A stretch of DNA of 64,000 nucleotides from Minisyncoccota bacterium (GCA_041657385.1 JBBABZ010000001.1:15313-79312), one strand, 5' to 3'. Positions 48,925 to 57,803 are shown, counted from the stretch's first letter. Numbers and translations are program-made. The notes: generated by a model from the sequence alone, not told the origin.

Positions 48925-50694
48925 ATGAATTTTCTTAAAAAAGGTGAACGGGAGAAATTTTTTGAAGCGGAAAAGATGGACGCAAAAGACATCATCGCCC
49001 CCGCCTCGATCGAGATCAAACAAAGCAATATAAAGTTAGGCGAAAAATTAGCTAAAACCTACTTTGTTTTTTCCTATCCAAGATACCTTACTACCGGCTG
49101 GCTTTCCCCGATCATTAATTTAGATATTCCCCTGGATATCTCTTTCTTTTTTCATCCAGTGGAAACCGGCGATGTCTTAAAAAAAATGCGTCGCAAAGTT
49201 ACCGAAATACAGGCCGAACTTTTAGAGAGGGAAGAAAAAGGGTTGGTTCGCGATCCTTCGCTCGAAACCGCTTACAATGACTTGGAGAACCTGCGCGACA
49301 GCCTCCAAACCGCGCAAGAAAAAATGTTTAAATTTGGATTATATATTACCGTCTACGCCGACACCGAAGCCCAGCTCACAGATGTTGAGACGACCCTAAG
49401 ATCAGTGCTTGAATCGCGTTTGATCTATCTAAAGCCGGCTCTCTGCCAGCAAAAAGAAGGATTTATCTCTGTCTCGCCATACGCTATAGACCAATTGCAA
49501 GTCCACACCAGCATCAATACCGGCCCATTGTCTTCTGTTTTTCCTTTTGTTTCTTTTGACCTTAGCTCTAATGAAGGAATTTTGTACGGCATGAATAAGC
49601 ATAATAATTCCCTGGTTCTGTTCGACCGCTTTACCCTGGAAAACGCCAATATGGTCATTTTCGCCAAATCCGGATCAGGAAAATCTTACGCGGTCAAACT
49701 AGAGGTATTGCGATCTTTAATGATGGGAGTGGAAGGGATTATCGTTGACCCGGAAAACGAATATGAAATGCTTTCCGATTCGGTTGGAGGCTCCTTTTTT
49801 AAAATCTCTTTAAGCTCGGATGATCATATCAATCCTTTTGATCTGCCGATCCCCCGCGAAGATGAAAAAGCGGAAGATGTTTTAAGGTCAAACATCATCA
49901 ACCTTGTTGGGCTTATCAGGATCATGCTTGGAGGGCTGAACCCGGAGGAGGATGCGATCATCGACCGCGCGCTGGCTGAAACTTATGCCGCCAAAGATAT
50001 CACGCCGGATTCCGACCAATCAAAATGGAAAGAGAATACCCCGATCTTATCGGATTTGGAATCAGTTTTGGAAACAATGCAAGGAGCGGAATCACTGGTC
50101 CAAAGAATAAGAAAATTCACTCGCGGAACATTTTCTTCTTTCTTTAATCAGCAATCCAATATTTCTATGGATAAACAGTTGGTTGTTTTCGGGATCAGAG
50201 ATATGGAAGACGAGTTAAGGCCGATGGCAATGTTTATTATTATGCGCTATATTTGGAACGAGATCCGATCCGAATTGAAAAAAAGGATATTAGTGATCGA
50301 TGAGGCTTGGTGGCTGATGCAGTCCGAAGACGGAGCCTCTTTCTTATATGGCATGGCCAAGCGCGCCCGCAAATATTGGCTGGGAGTAACCACTATCACT
50401 CAAGATGTTTCCGATTTTATGAAATCTTCCTATGGCAAACCGATCATCACTAATTCCTCTCTCCAGCTTCTTCTCAAACAGAGCCCAGCTACTGTTGATA
50501 TTCTTCAGCAAACTTTTAACCTGACCGACCAAGAAAAATTTTTACTGCTTGAAACGCCGATAGGAGAGGGAATTTTTTTCGCCGGACAAAAACATGTATC
50601 TATTAAAATAGTCGCTTCTTATACAGAGGACCAGATTATAACCTCCAGTCCAGAGCAAATCTTAAAGATCAAAGAAGCTAAAAAAAATATCTGA
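48925..50694 (+). CDS. virB4: VirB4/TraC/TrbE-family T4SS ATPase (AAA-like, DUF87 type)
   Basis: 589 aa. It reads DIIAPASIEIKQSNIKLGEKLAKTYFVFSYPRYLTTGWL, with Walker A (IFAKSGSGKSYAVK) and Walker B (ILVIDEAWWLM). Confidence 0.8.
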   Translation: MNFLKKGEREKFFEAEKMDAKDIIAPASIEIKQSNIKLGEKLAKTYFVFSYPRYLTTGWLSPIINLDIPLDISFFFHPVETGDVLKKMRRKVTEIQAELLEREEKGLVRDPSLETAYNDLENLRDSLQTAQEKMFKFGLYITVYADTEAQLTDVETTLRSVLESRLIYLKPALCQQKEGFISVSPYAIDQLQVHTSINTGPLSSVFPFVSFDLSSNEGILYGMNKHNNSLVLFDRFTLENANMVIFAKSGSGKSYAVKLEVLRSLMMGVEGIIVDPENEYEMLSDSVGGSFFKISLSSDDHINPFDLPIPREDEKAEDVLRSNIINLVGLIRIMLGGLNPEEDAIIDRALAETYAAKDITPDSDQSKWKENTPILSDLESVLETMQGAESLVQRIRKFTRGTFSSFFNQQSNISMDKQLVVFGIRDMEDELRPMAMFIIMRYIWNEIRSELKKRILVIDEAWWLMQSEDGASFLYGMAKRARKYWLGVTTITQDVSDFMKSSYGKPIITNSSLQLLLKQSPATVDILQQTFNLTDQEKFLLLETPIGEGIFFAGQKHVSIKIVASYTEDQIITSSPEQILKIKEAKKNI

Positions 50695-50700
50695 AAACAA

Positions 50701-50727
50701 AAAAGCCCTTAAGGGCTTTTTTGTTTT
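50701..50727. terminator. Bidirectional terminator AAAAGCCCTTAAGGGCTTTTTTGTTTT
   Basis: A perfect palindrome flanked by A- and T-runs, between convergent virB4 and jag. Confidence 0.75.
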
Positions 50728-50811
50728 CAGAATAAATTTTATAATTTCCATTTGGCTCTGCTGTCGGGAGGGGCAACTCGCTCCCCGAGGCGGAAGCCCG
50801 CCCCGATAAAA

Positions 50812-51255
50812 TTAAACTGGTCTGACCACGATTCTCCTCTCTGGATTTTCTCCCACGCTTTCTGTTTTTATATCGGTTCGGTTGGCCAGCTCCATATGGA
50901 CTATGCGGCGGTCAAAAGCGGAAAGGGGAGGCATCAACTTTTCTCTCTTAGATGAAGCCACTTCATCCGCCGCGGTTCGAGCAATGTCTTTTAAATAATC
51001 TATTTTCCTTTTTTTGTAATCTTCTATATCTAAATTTAAAAATATTTCTTCTTTTAAGGCTTTTTTAATGATCTTGGCTAAAAGATGCTGAAGGTCGGCC
51101 AATGTTTGGCCGTTTTGCCCGATCAAGATCCTGGCTTCCTCCGATTTTAGGCCAATATTCAAAACTCCGTCTTTTAAAGAAACTTCCGCGGACACAAGGC
51201 AATCCATTTTTTCAAAAAAAGTTCTTACTATTTCTTCTGAAATTTTTATGTCCAT
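50812..51255 (-). CDS. jag: Jag/KhpB-like RNA-binding protein (KH + R3H)
   Basis: 147 aa. It reads IGQNGQTLADLQHL (KH) and LSAFDRRIVHMELANRTDIKTESVGENPERRIVVRP (R3H). Confidence 0.85.
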   Translation of the reverse strand: MDIKISEEIVRTFFEKMDCLVSAEVSLKDGVLNIGLKSEEARILIGQNGQTLADLQHLLAKIIKKALKEEIFLNLDIEDYKKRKIDYLKDIARTAADEVASSKREKLMPPLSAFDRRIVHMELANRTDIKTESVGENPERRIVVRPV

Positions 51256-51256
51256 T

Positions 51257-51982
51257 TTATTGAACTGTTTTTTTATTAAAAACCAAATAATTTTGGCCGA
51301 TGGAAAGAACCGTGTTCACCAGCCAATAAAGCCCTAAGCCGGATGGAAGGGAGGCTAATATCATTATAGTCATAATGGGGAAGAAATAAAGGATATATTT
51401 TTGCATCATAGAAGAGAACTGGCCCATTTGGTCGCCGCTAACCGGTTTTGGAGGATTGGCTGGCAGGCTGGTTTTAGTTTGAAAGTATTGCGCAATGCCG
51501 ACTACAACCGCAAGAAAAATATTAGCCTTGGAAAGATCCATGCCTAAGAACATCTGGTTTATCTCTTGAGGCCTCGGCACGAAAGAGTACAAAAGATCTA
51601 AATGGCTTTGGCCTATTCCAGTTTGGAATATTTGATAGAGCGCTATAAAAATCGGCAGTTGGATCAAAAGGGGTAAAAATCCGGCAAAGGGATTGAACTT
51701 TTTTTCTTTGTAAAGCTTCATCATCTCCTCTGCCTGTTTTTGCTTGTCATCCTTGTATTTTTTTTGGAGATCGTTTATCTTCGGCTGCAACTCATTCATT
51801 GTTTTCTGGGACTTTAAAGATTGCTGGGTGGAAGGGAAAAGGACTATTTTAAGCAATAAAGTGATCAAAATGATCGCGATTCCTAAATTTTGGCCGGGGA
51901 TAAAAACATAAAGAGCTATTAAAAGATTGACCAGCGGCTGATAGAAAAAAAGATGAAAAAAATTGCCGATAAACTGAAACAT
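51257..51982 (-). CDS. yidC: Membrane protein insertase YidC (short form)
   Basis: 241 aa. It reads LKIVLFPSTQQSLKSQKTMNELQPKINDLQKKYKDDKQKQAEEMMKLYKEKKFNPFAGFLPLLIQLPIFIALY. Confidence 0.9.
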   Translation of the reverse strand: MFQFIGNFFHLFFYQPLVNLLIALYVFIPGQNLGIAIILITLLLKIVLFPSTQQSLKSQKTMNELQPKINDLQKKYKDDKQKQAEEMMKLYKEKKFNPFAGFLPLLIQLPIFIALYQIFQTGIGQSHLDLLYSFVPRPQEINQMFLGMDLSKANIFLAVVVGIAQYFQTKTSLPANPPKPVSGDQMGQFSSMMQKYILYFFPIMTIMILASLPSGLGLYWLVNTVLSIGQNYLVFNKKTVQ

Positions 51983-51985
51983 AGG

Positions 51986-52330
51986 TTATTTTTTTAAAAA
52001 ACTGATTTTTTGAAGGCTGCTTTCTATGATAGAAAGCTTTTCTTGATACCCTTCGTTTTTTATAAGGGGCCAGGCTATAAAAACCAGATCATATCCCTTC
52101 TTTATTTTATTAATGTTTTTCCAAATAATTTCTCTTATTTGGCGCTTGATCTTGTTGCGGTCAACCGCTTTTTTCGCCGTCTTCTTACTGACGATTATCC
52201 CAAAACGGCTCTGGGGAAGATTATTTTCAACGGTTTTTAAAAAAAGGGTTTTTTGTTTAAACCCTTTTCCTTGTTTCAAAACTTTTTCAAAGTCCCTCTT
52301 TTTTACTAGCCTGTTCTCTTTCGGCAGCAT
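51986..52330 (-). CDS. rnpA: Ribonuclease P protein component
   Basis: 114 aa. It reads LPKENRLVKKRDFEKVLKQGK...GIIVSKKTAKKAVDRNKIKRQIREI. Confidence 0.9.
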   Translation of the reverse strand: MLPKENRLVKKRDFEKVLKQGKGFKQKTLFLKTVENNLPQSRFGIIVSKKTAKKAVDRNKIKRQIREIIWKNINKIKKGYDLVFIAWPLIKNEGYQEKLSIIESSLQKISFLKK

Positions 52331-52383
52331 ATTGAGTCTTTTTGGCTTTGACTAAAATTAAAACCGCCTTGATAAAAAAGATC

Positions 52384-52518
52384 CTAGACGGTTAATTGCC
52401 AGCGGCCCTTTTGTCTTCTTCTTGCTAAAGTCCTTTGGCCTCCTTTGGTGTTTTTTCTAGCCAAAAATCCATGGGTCCTTGCTCTTTTTTTCTTTTTGGG
52501 ATTATAGGTTACGCTCAT
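52384..52518 (-). CDS. rpmH: 50S ribosomal protein L34
   Basis: Not in the ORF track (44 aa). The reverse strand reads [44 protein letters not shown]. The stop is the complement of 52384-52386. Confidence 0.9.
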   Translation of the reverse strand: MSVTYNPKKKKRARTHGFLARKNTKGGQRTLARRRQKGRWQLTV

Positions 52519-52585
52519 GCACCTAAATATAGCAAAAATTGGGTTTTTGTCAATTTGTTTTTACCAGAGAAAAGATAATAACAGT

Positions 52586-52651
52586 TTTTCCACAGCTCTT
52601 GCACAGAAATTTAAAAAACATAAAGAATGCCTCATTCTTTACTTATCCACA
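52586..52651. promoter_or_regulatory. DnaA boxes upstream of dnaA
   Basis: There is a perfect TTATCCACA at 52643-52651 and a TTTTCCACA at 52586-52594, in the rpmH-dnaA divergent spacer. Confidence 0.65.
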
Positions 52652-52782
52652 GCTTATGCTCTATAATAATTTCACCCGCTAAAAGTTTCATTTTTTGCTG
52701 AAATATCTTCTAAAAATCATCCCAGCGATTAGCCGATCCTAAAAATTAACAGGTAACTTCATTTAAGATTTAAGGCAAATCT

Positions 52783-54147
52783 ATGACATACCAAGAACTC
52801 TGGCAAACCGTATTGGCGCAAATCCAGCTTAATATTTCTCCTGCTAATTTCGCGACGTGGTTCGCAAGCACCAAGATCGCTTCCCAGGAAGAGGGGATGA
52901 TAATCGTTTCTGTGCCAAACTCCTTTGCCAAAGAATGGCTGGAGCAAAAATACAACAAAGAGATCTTAAAAATATTAAGGGCCTTAGATTCAAGCATTAA
53001 AGAAATAAGCTATCAAATAGATTTTCCGGCGGTAAAAATAAAGGAGCTAGTAAAGCAGCCCGAGCCCCAAGAACTTCCAATGGAGCAGCTCGGGTTTGCC
53101 GAGCTGGAAACAGATAAAGAAACAAACCTTAATCCAAAATATAATTTTCAAAATTTTATAGTCGGACCCTTTAATGAATTGGCATATGCCGCAGCCAAAG
53201 CTATTGTTAAGGAGCCTGGAAAGGTTTATAACCCGCTGTTTATTTACGGCGGGGTAGGATTGGGAAAAACCCATTTATTACAAGCTGTCGGGAACGAGCT
53301 GTCTAAAAAAAATCCGCCGTGCAAGGTTAAATACGTCCCGTCCGACAAATTGATCTCCGCTATCGTTAGTTCTATCCGAAACAATAGCATTGAAGATTTA
53401 AAAGCCAGCTTAAGAAAGGTTGATGTTTTAATAGTAGATGATGTCCAATTTTTTGCCGGAAAAGAAAAAACCCAAGAAGAATTTTTCCACACGTTTAACG
53501 ATCTCTACCAAAGAGGAAAACAAATAATCCTTTCTTCCGACCGCCCTCCTAAAGCCATCCCGGCGATCACGGAAAGATTAAAATCAAGATTTGAGGGGGG
53601 GATGGTGGCCGATGTCAGCCTGCCGGATTACGAAACAAGGCTGGCTATTTTAAAGCAAAAAACAGTGGAAAAAAACGCTGAAGTCCCGGAAAAGGCCTTG
53701 GAATATATCGCGGCTAATATCCAAAAAAACGTCAGAGAGATTGAAAGCGCTTTGAATAGGCTTTTGATTTTTCAAAAGATAAACAATAAGGTTCCCAGTT
53801 TTGAAGAAGCAAAAAAACTTTTAAGGAATATTATTGTTTCTCCGTCTAAATTCACCAATCCAACCCATATACTCCAAACCATAAGCGAATTTTACGACCT
53901 TGACGACAAAAATTTATTTTATTCTTCCCGCAAAAAAGAGTTTGTTAAACCTCGCCAACTGGCTATGTATTTATTGAGAAAAGAATTAAGCTTCTCTTTT
54001 CCGGCTATCGGCCGAAAATTCGGAGGAAAAGACCACACAACTGTAATGCATGCCTGCCAATTAATAGACCGCGAAATACAAGAAAGTGAAAAATTTTCCC
54101 AGGAAGTTGATTTGATCCTGCAAAAAATTTACACGCTGGACGCATAG
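52783..54147 (+). CDS. dnaA: Chromosomal replication initiator DnaA
   Basis: 454 aa. It reads NPLFIYGGVGLGKTHLLQAVGN, VLIVDDVQFFAGKEKTQEEFFHTFN, and a C-terminal DNA-binding domain (GGKDHTTVMHA). Confidence 0.95.
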   Translation: MTYQELWQTVLAQIQLNISPANFATWFASTKIASQEEGMIIVSVPNSFAKEWLEQKYNKEILKILRALDSSIKEISYQIDFPAVKIKELVKQPEPQELPMEQLGFAELETDKETNLNPKYNFQNFIVGPFNELAYAAAKAIVKEPGKVYNPLFIYGGVGLGKTHLLQAVGNELSKKNPPCKVKYVPSDKLISAIVSSIRNNSIEDLKASLRKVDVLIVDDVQFFAGKEKTQEEFFHTFNDLYQRGKQIILSSDRPPKAIPAITERLKSRFEGGMVADVSLPDYETRLAILKQKTVEKNAEVPEKALEYIAANIQKNVREIESALNRLLIFQKINNKVPSFEEAKKLLRNIIVSPSKFTNPTHILQTISEFYDLDDKNLFYSSRKKEFVKPRQLAMYLLRKELSFSFPAIGRKFGGKDHTTVMHACQLIDREIQESEKFSQEVDLILQKIYTLDA

Positions 54148-54420
54148 TTATTTTTAAAAAACTGTGGATTATTTGTTAAGAAAACATTCATAACTCATTG
54201 TGAGAAATAGGGGATAAAAAGGGCTTATTTTTTTTCTAAATTATCACCTCGATTTCTATCCATTAATTCAACACGGCTTCCCACTTATTTTTCCACCATC
54301 TATCCATAAATATTTTTTACCATAAGGCTTTCAAAGATTGGATTTCCAGATATTATCCACAGAAAAAAAGCTCAATATAATAACAATAAATAAAATAAAT
54401 TTTTAATAAATTATTATATT
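54148..54420. other. Candidate oriC (DnaA boxes plus AT-rich unwinding region)
   Basis: TGTGGATTA lies at 54163-54171 and a perfect TTATCCACA at 54353-54361. Weaker boxes are also present (TCTATCCAT x2, TTTTCCACC). A nearly pure A/T stretch at 54371-54420 abuts dnaN. Confidence 0.6.
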
Positions 54421-55566
54421 ATGAAAATTACTTTATTAACCAAGACTCTGAAAAAAGGGCTGGCCGTGGTCGAAAAAATTGCCGGCAGGGTTTCGACCTT
54501 GCCCATCTTAAATAACGTTTTAATTGAGGTGTCTCCGAATTTTATAAAATTATCCACAACTGATTTGGAGTTGGGAGCTCAATGGTGGGGTCTTTGCAAG
54601 ACCGAAAAAGACGGAAAAATAACCATTCCGGCCAAGTTTTTTTCACAACTGGTAAACTCCTTAAGCGATGAGAAAATAGAGATTGAAGAGAAAAATAAAA
54701 CAATTTTTATTGAAAGCAAAAATTATAAAACCCAAATTAAGGGTTTTTCCGCCGACGACTTTCCAATTATCCCCTCTTTTTCCAAAGATACCTTTATTGA
54801 AATAAATAGTAAAAAACTAAAAGACGGATTATCTGAAGTTATTGATTTTACCAGCCTGTCCCAAGTTAGGCCGGAAATTTCCGGAGTCTATTTTTTATTC
54901 AACAATGATGGATTAAAACTAGTGACTACCGACAGTTTTCGTTTAGCTGAAAAAACAATAACCTTTTCGGAAAAAAAAGAAGAATATAAAAATCTTTTTG
55001 AGAAAGAAATAAACTTTATACTTCCGCAAAAAACAGCAAAAGAATTAATTGCTATTCTGGGCGATACCGTAAAAAACACTAGAATTTATTTATCCGAATC
55101 GCAGGTTATGTTTGAAACGTTATTGCAAGAAACAGACCACCCGGAAGTTAATCTGGTTTCCCGCCTAATAGAAGGGGAATACCCGACCTATCAAGAGATC
55201 ATCCCAAAAGAAAGCCAGACAAAAATAACGATCAATAAAGATGAATTTATCAAACAGTTGAAAATAGCCAGCTTATTTGGAGGGAAAATAAATGAAATAA
55301 AAATAAAAGCCGATGCCGAAACGAAAGAATTTGAAATTTTAAGCCAAGACCCCGACCTGGGAGAAAGCAAGTCTAATATTGCCGCCAAAATAGAAGGGGA
55401 AAAAGCGGATATTTCTTTTAATTGGAGATTTGTTTTAGACGGTCTGGCCCATATTAAAAGCTCGGAAGTATTTTTCGGCCTGCATGATAATAAGGGCCCG
55501 GCGATATTAAAGCCGATCGGCGACGCAAGCTATCTTTACGTGGTAATGCCGATCAATCCTGACTAA
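54421..55566 (+). CDS. dnaN: DNA polymerase III beta sliding clamp
   Basis: 381 aa. The N-terminus reads LKKGLAVVEKIAGRVSTLPILNNVLIEV. The length is typical for a three-domain clamp, and the ending is LYVVMPI. Confidence 0.9.
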   Translation: MKITLLTKTLKKGLAVVEKIAGRVSTLPILNNVLIEVSPNFIKLSTTDLELGAQWWGLCKTEKDGKITIPAKFFSQLVNSLSDEKIEIEEKNKTIFIESKNYKTQIKGFSADDFPIIPSFSKDTFIEINSKKLKDGLSEVIDFTSLSQVRPEISGVYFLFNNDGLKLVTTDSFRLAEKTITFSEKKEEYKNLFEKEINFILPQKTAKELIAILGDTVKNTRIYLSESQVMFETLLQETDHPEVNLVSRLIEGEYPTYQEIIPKESQTKITINKDEFIKQLKIASLFGGKINEIKIKADAETKEFEILSQDPDLGESKSNIAAKIEGEKADISFNWRFVLDGLAHIKSSEVFFGLHDNKGPAILKPIGDASYLYVVMPINPD

Positions 55567-55614
55567 TCGCGATTAGAATTTTTAATTCCGCCGAATGGCG
55601 GATCAATTTTCAAA

Positions 55615-55643
55615 CAAAAAAATCCGCTATAGCGGATTTTTTT
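55615..55643. terminator. Bidirectional terminator AAAAAAATCCGCTatAGCGGATTTTTTT
   Basis: A hairpin with flanking A- and T-runs between convergent dnaN and the PBP gene. A second small hairpin, TCCGCC-gaat-GGCGGA, lies at 55587-55602. Confidence 0.75.
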
Positions 55644-55649
55644 ACTTTT

Positions 55650-57683
55650 TTAGAGTTTTTCTCCAGTTGTAGTATTGTAAAGGGCTTTGACCGGGGCGGT
55701 TATGGGCGTTCCGGTTGTTGTTGTGGCTGTTGTAGAGGAGTTATTCTCTATTGGCAGGTTTATCATCGGCTCTCCTAGCTTAGGCAGCGCCTGGAGCATA
55801 AATGCTCGCCAGATCGGGCCGGCCATGGCCTCGCTGATCTTTTGCATTGGGGCGCGGTTATTGTTCCCAGTCCAAACTCCGACAGCTAAACGGGGGGTGA
55901 ATCCGATGGTCCAGCCGTCTTTATTCTCTTGGGTGGTTCCGGTCTTAACTGAAACCTTATAGTTTTCAAAATAAAGATTTGAATGGTACCCGAATATCGG
56001 AGCCCGGGCATTATTATCCGACAAAATATCGGTCATAAGGTCGCAGACATTTTTTTCCAAAACTTTTTTTGGAGTGGGATTGTTCTCGTAAAGAACATTT
56101 TTGTCGGCGTCTTCTATTTTTAATATGGCCGAGGCGGGAATGCGGTATCCGCCATTGGCAAAAACACTGTAGCCGGAAACCATATCGATCAATTTAACGT
56201 CTCCTGCGCCGAGCACTAATGGCAAGCCATAAAAAGAAGACGGCTCATTGAGGGTCGAAATACCCATTGATTTTGCCAGGGCGATGCTATCATCTAGTCC
56301 AGCCATATCCCGTAAGACCTTTAAGGCTGGAATATTTAATGATTGGGCTAGCGCGTTTCTTAAAGTGATGGGGCCGCGAAACCTGCCATCGTAATTTGAA
56401 GGGATATAATGTTTGCCTCCGAAAACTCCAAAATCTGTCTGCTCGTCAACAACAATACTGTTGCCGGTGAAGCCTTTGCGAAAAGCTTCAGCGTAAACAA
56501 AAGGTTTAAAAGATGAACCAGGCTGGCGGTTTCCTTGGGTGGCAACATTAAAGTCGGGGACGAATTTACAGGTGGTTGCCGGATCGCATCCTTCAGGGTA
56601 AGGACTTCCTTCTGGATCGGCCGAGCCAACCATGGCGAGCACTTCTCCGGTTTTTGGATCAATTGCAACTAGGGCGCCGTTATATGCGCCATAAGCTTTG
56701 TTCTTTTCTGTTCCTTCTTTAACTTCTTTTTCCGCGGCGCGCTGCAGATCCCAATCAAGGGTGGTATAGATCTTTAATCCTTTGGTTTCTAAAAAGGATT
56801 GGCCGTATTTATTTTCCAGCTGCTGTTTAACGTAATTAACAAAATGAGGGGAAAGGGTTTTGGGAAGTTTGTCAAAAGTTAAAACTTCTTTTTTAGCCGT
56901 TTCAGCTTCATCTTTTGTTATATAGTTTTCTTGGGCCATTCTGTCTAAAACATAATCTTTCCTTATTAAAAGACCGTCCAAGTGGCTGCCATAAGGATTG
57001 TAATAGCTAGGGATTTGAATAACCGCAGCTAAAAGGGCGGCTTGGGCCAGGCTTATTTCAGAAACAGGCTTATTAAAATAAGATAAAGAAGCTTCTTGAG
57101 CGCCGTAAATATTTACGCCAAACGGCACTTGGTTTAAATACCATTCTAATATTTGCGTTTTGGAATATTTACTGTCCAGCTCAATCGACAAGACAGCCTC
57201 TTTAATTTTTCTGTCGATACTTTTTGTATTAGTTAATAGAGAAGACCTGATCAGCTGTTGGGTAATAGTGGAAGCTCCTTGCTTAGCTTCTTTGGTCTCG
57301 ATGTCTACTTTTATCGCCCTGGCTAATCCTTGAAAATCAATGCCGTGATGCTGGTAAAATCTGGCATCTTCAACAGCCACTACCGCTTCTTGTAAATTTT
57401 TAGGAAGTTTATCAATGGTCAAATATGTCCTTTTCTCTTCTCCGTAAATGCTGGATAAAACAATTGCTCCAGTCCGGTCGTAAATTTTTGTCGCTTGATT
57501 GATTATGTTTTCGTTGAAATTTTCAGGCCTAGGCAAGTCTTTTGTGTAAATAAAAAATAAAGTTGCGGTCAAGAGGCCCCCAAGCACGATCGCGCCAAGG
57601 GTGATCTTTAAAATAAAAAACAGGCCTTTTCCGAGACCGTTTATCGTTTTATAAACTATTAAAGATCTTTTTCTCTGAACCAT
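55650..57683 (-). CDS. Bifunctional class A penicillin-binding protein (glycosyltransferase + transpeptidase)
   Basis: 677 aa with an N-terminal TM. It has GT51 motifs (EDARFYQHHGID, GASTITQQL) and transpeptidase motifs SSFKP, SNY and KTGT. Confidence 0.9.
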   Translation of the reverse strand: MVQRKRSLIVYKTINGLGKGLFFILKITLGAIVLGGLLTATLFFIYTKDLPRPENFNENIINQATKIYDRTGAIVLSSIYGEEKRTYLTIDKLPKNLQEAVVAVEDARFYQHHGIDFQGLARAIKVDIETKEAKQGASTITQQLIRSSLLTNTKSIDRKIKEAVLSIELDSKYSKTQILEWYLNQVPFGVNIYGAQEASLSYFNKPVSEISLAQAALLAAVIQIPSYYNPYGSHLDGLLIRKDYVLDRMAQENYITKDEAETAKKEVLTFDKLPKTLSPHFVNYVKQQLENKYGQSFLETKGLKIYTTLDWDLQRAAEKEVKEGTEKNKAYGAYNGALVAIDPKTGEVLAMVGSADPEGSPYPEGCDPATTCKFVPDFNVATQGNRQPGSSFKPFVYAEAFRKGFTGNSIVVDEQTDFGVFGGKHYIPSNYDGRFRGPITLRNALAQSLNIPALKVLRDMAGLDDSIALAKSMGISTLNEPSSFYGLPLVLGAGDVKLIDMVSGYSVFANGGYRIPASAILKIEDADKNVLYENNPTPKKVLEKNVCDLMTDILSDNNARAPIFGYHSNLYFENYKVSVKTGTTQENKDGWTIGFTPRLAVGVWTGNNNRAPMQKISEAMAGPIWRAFMLQALPKLGEPMINLPIENNSSTTATTTTGTPITAPVKALYNTTTGEKL

Positions 57684-57708
57684 ATTTTAGGCCTTTTAAC
57701 TTTGTTTG

Positions 57709-57803
57709 TTGGGGCAAGCATTCGAGGCTTGCACCAAGAGGATTCCAAAGGGGCGGTTTCCTTTGGCCGCAAGATCGGGGCTAAGACCCCGATCGAGGAA
57801 TCC
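57709..57803. ncRNA. Unclassified GC-rich structured segment (hairpin plus three-way junction)
   Basis: H1 is TTGG-G-GCAAGC-attcgag-GCTTGC-A-CCAA. P1 is GGATTCC (57740-46) paired with GGAATCC (57797-803), enclosing AAAGG-ggcggttt-CCTTT and GATCGGGG-ctaaga-CCCCGATC. Strand and identity are unknown. Confidence 0.35.

Noticed and set aside
39670-50694. Integrated conjugative element or prophage interpretation of the T4SS-like cluster
   Set aside because: No integrase, relaxase, coupling protein, phage structural genes, flanking direct repeats or tRNA-adjacent att sites were seen. The flanks are core genes. The full genome is needed to exclude distant mobility genes.
50752-50955. 67-aa plus-strand ORF downstream of virB4
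   Set aside because: It overlaps the 3' part of the jag/khpB gene on the opposite strand and lies after a strong bidirectional terminator. There is no SD or homology.
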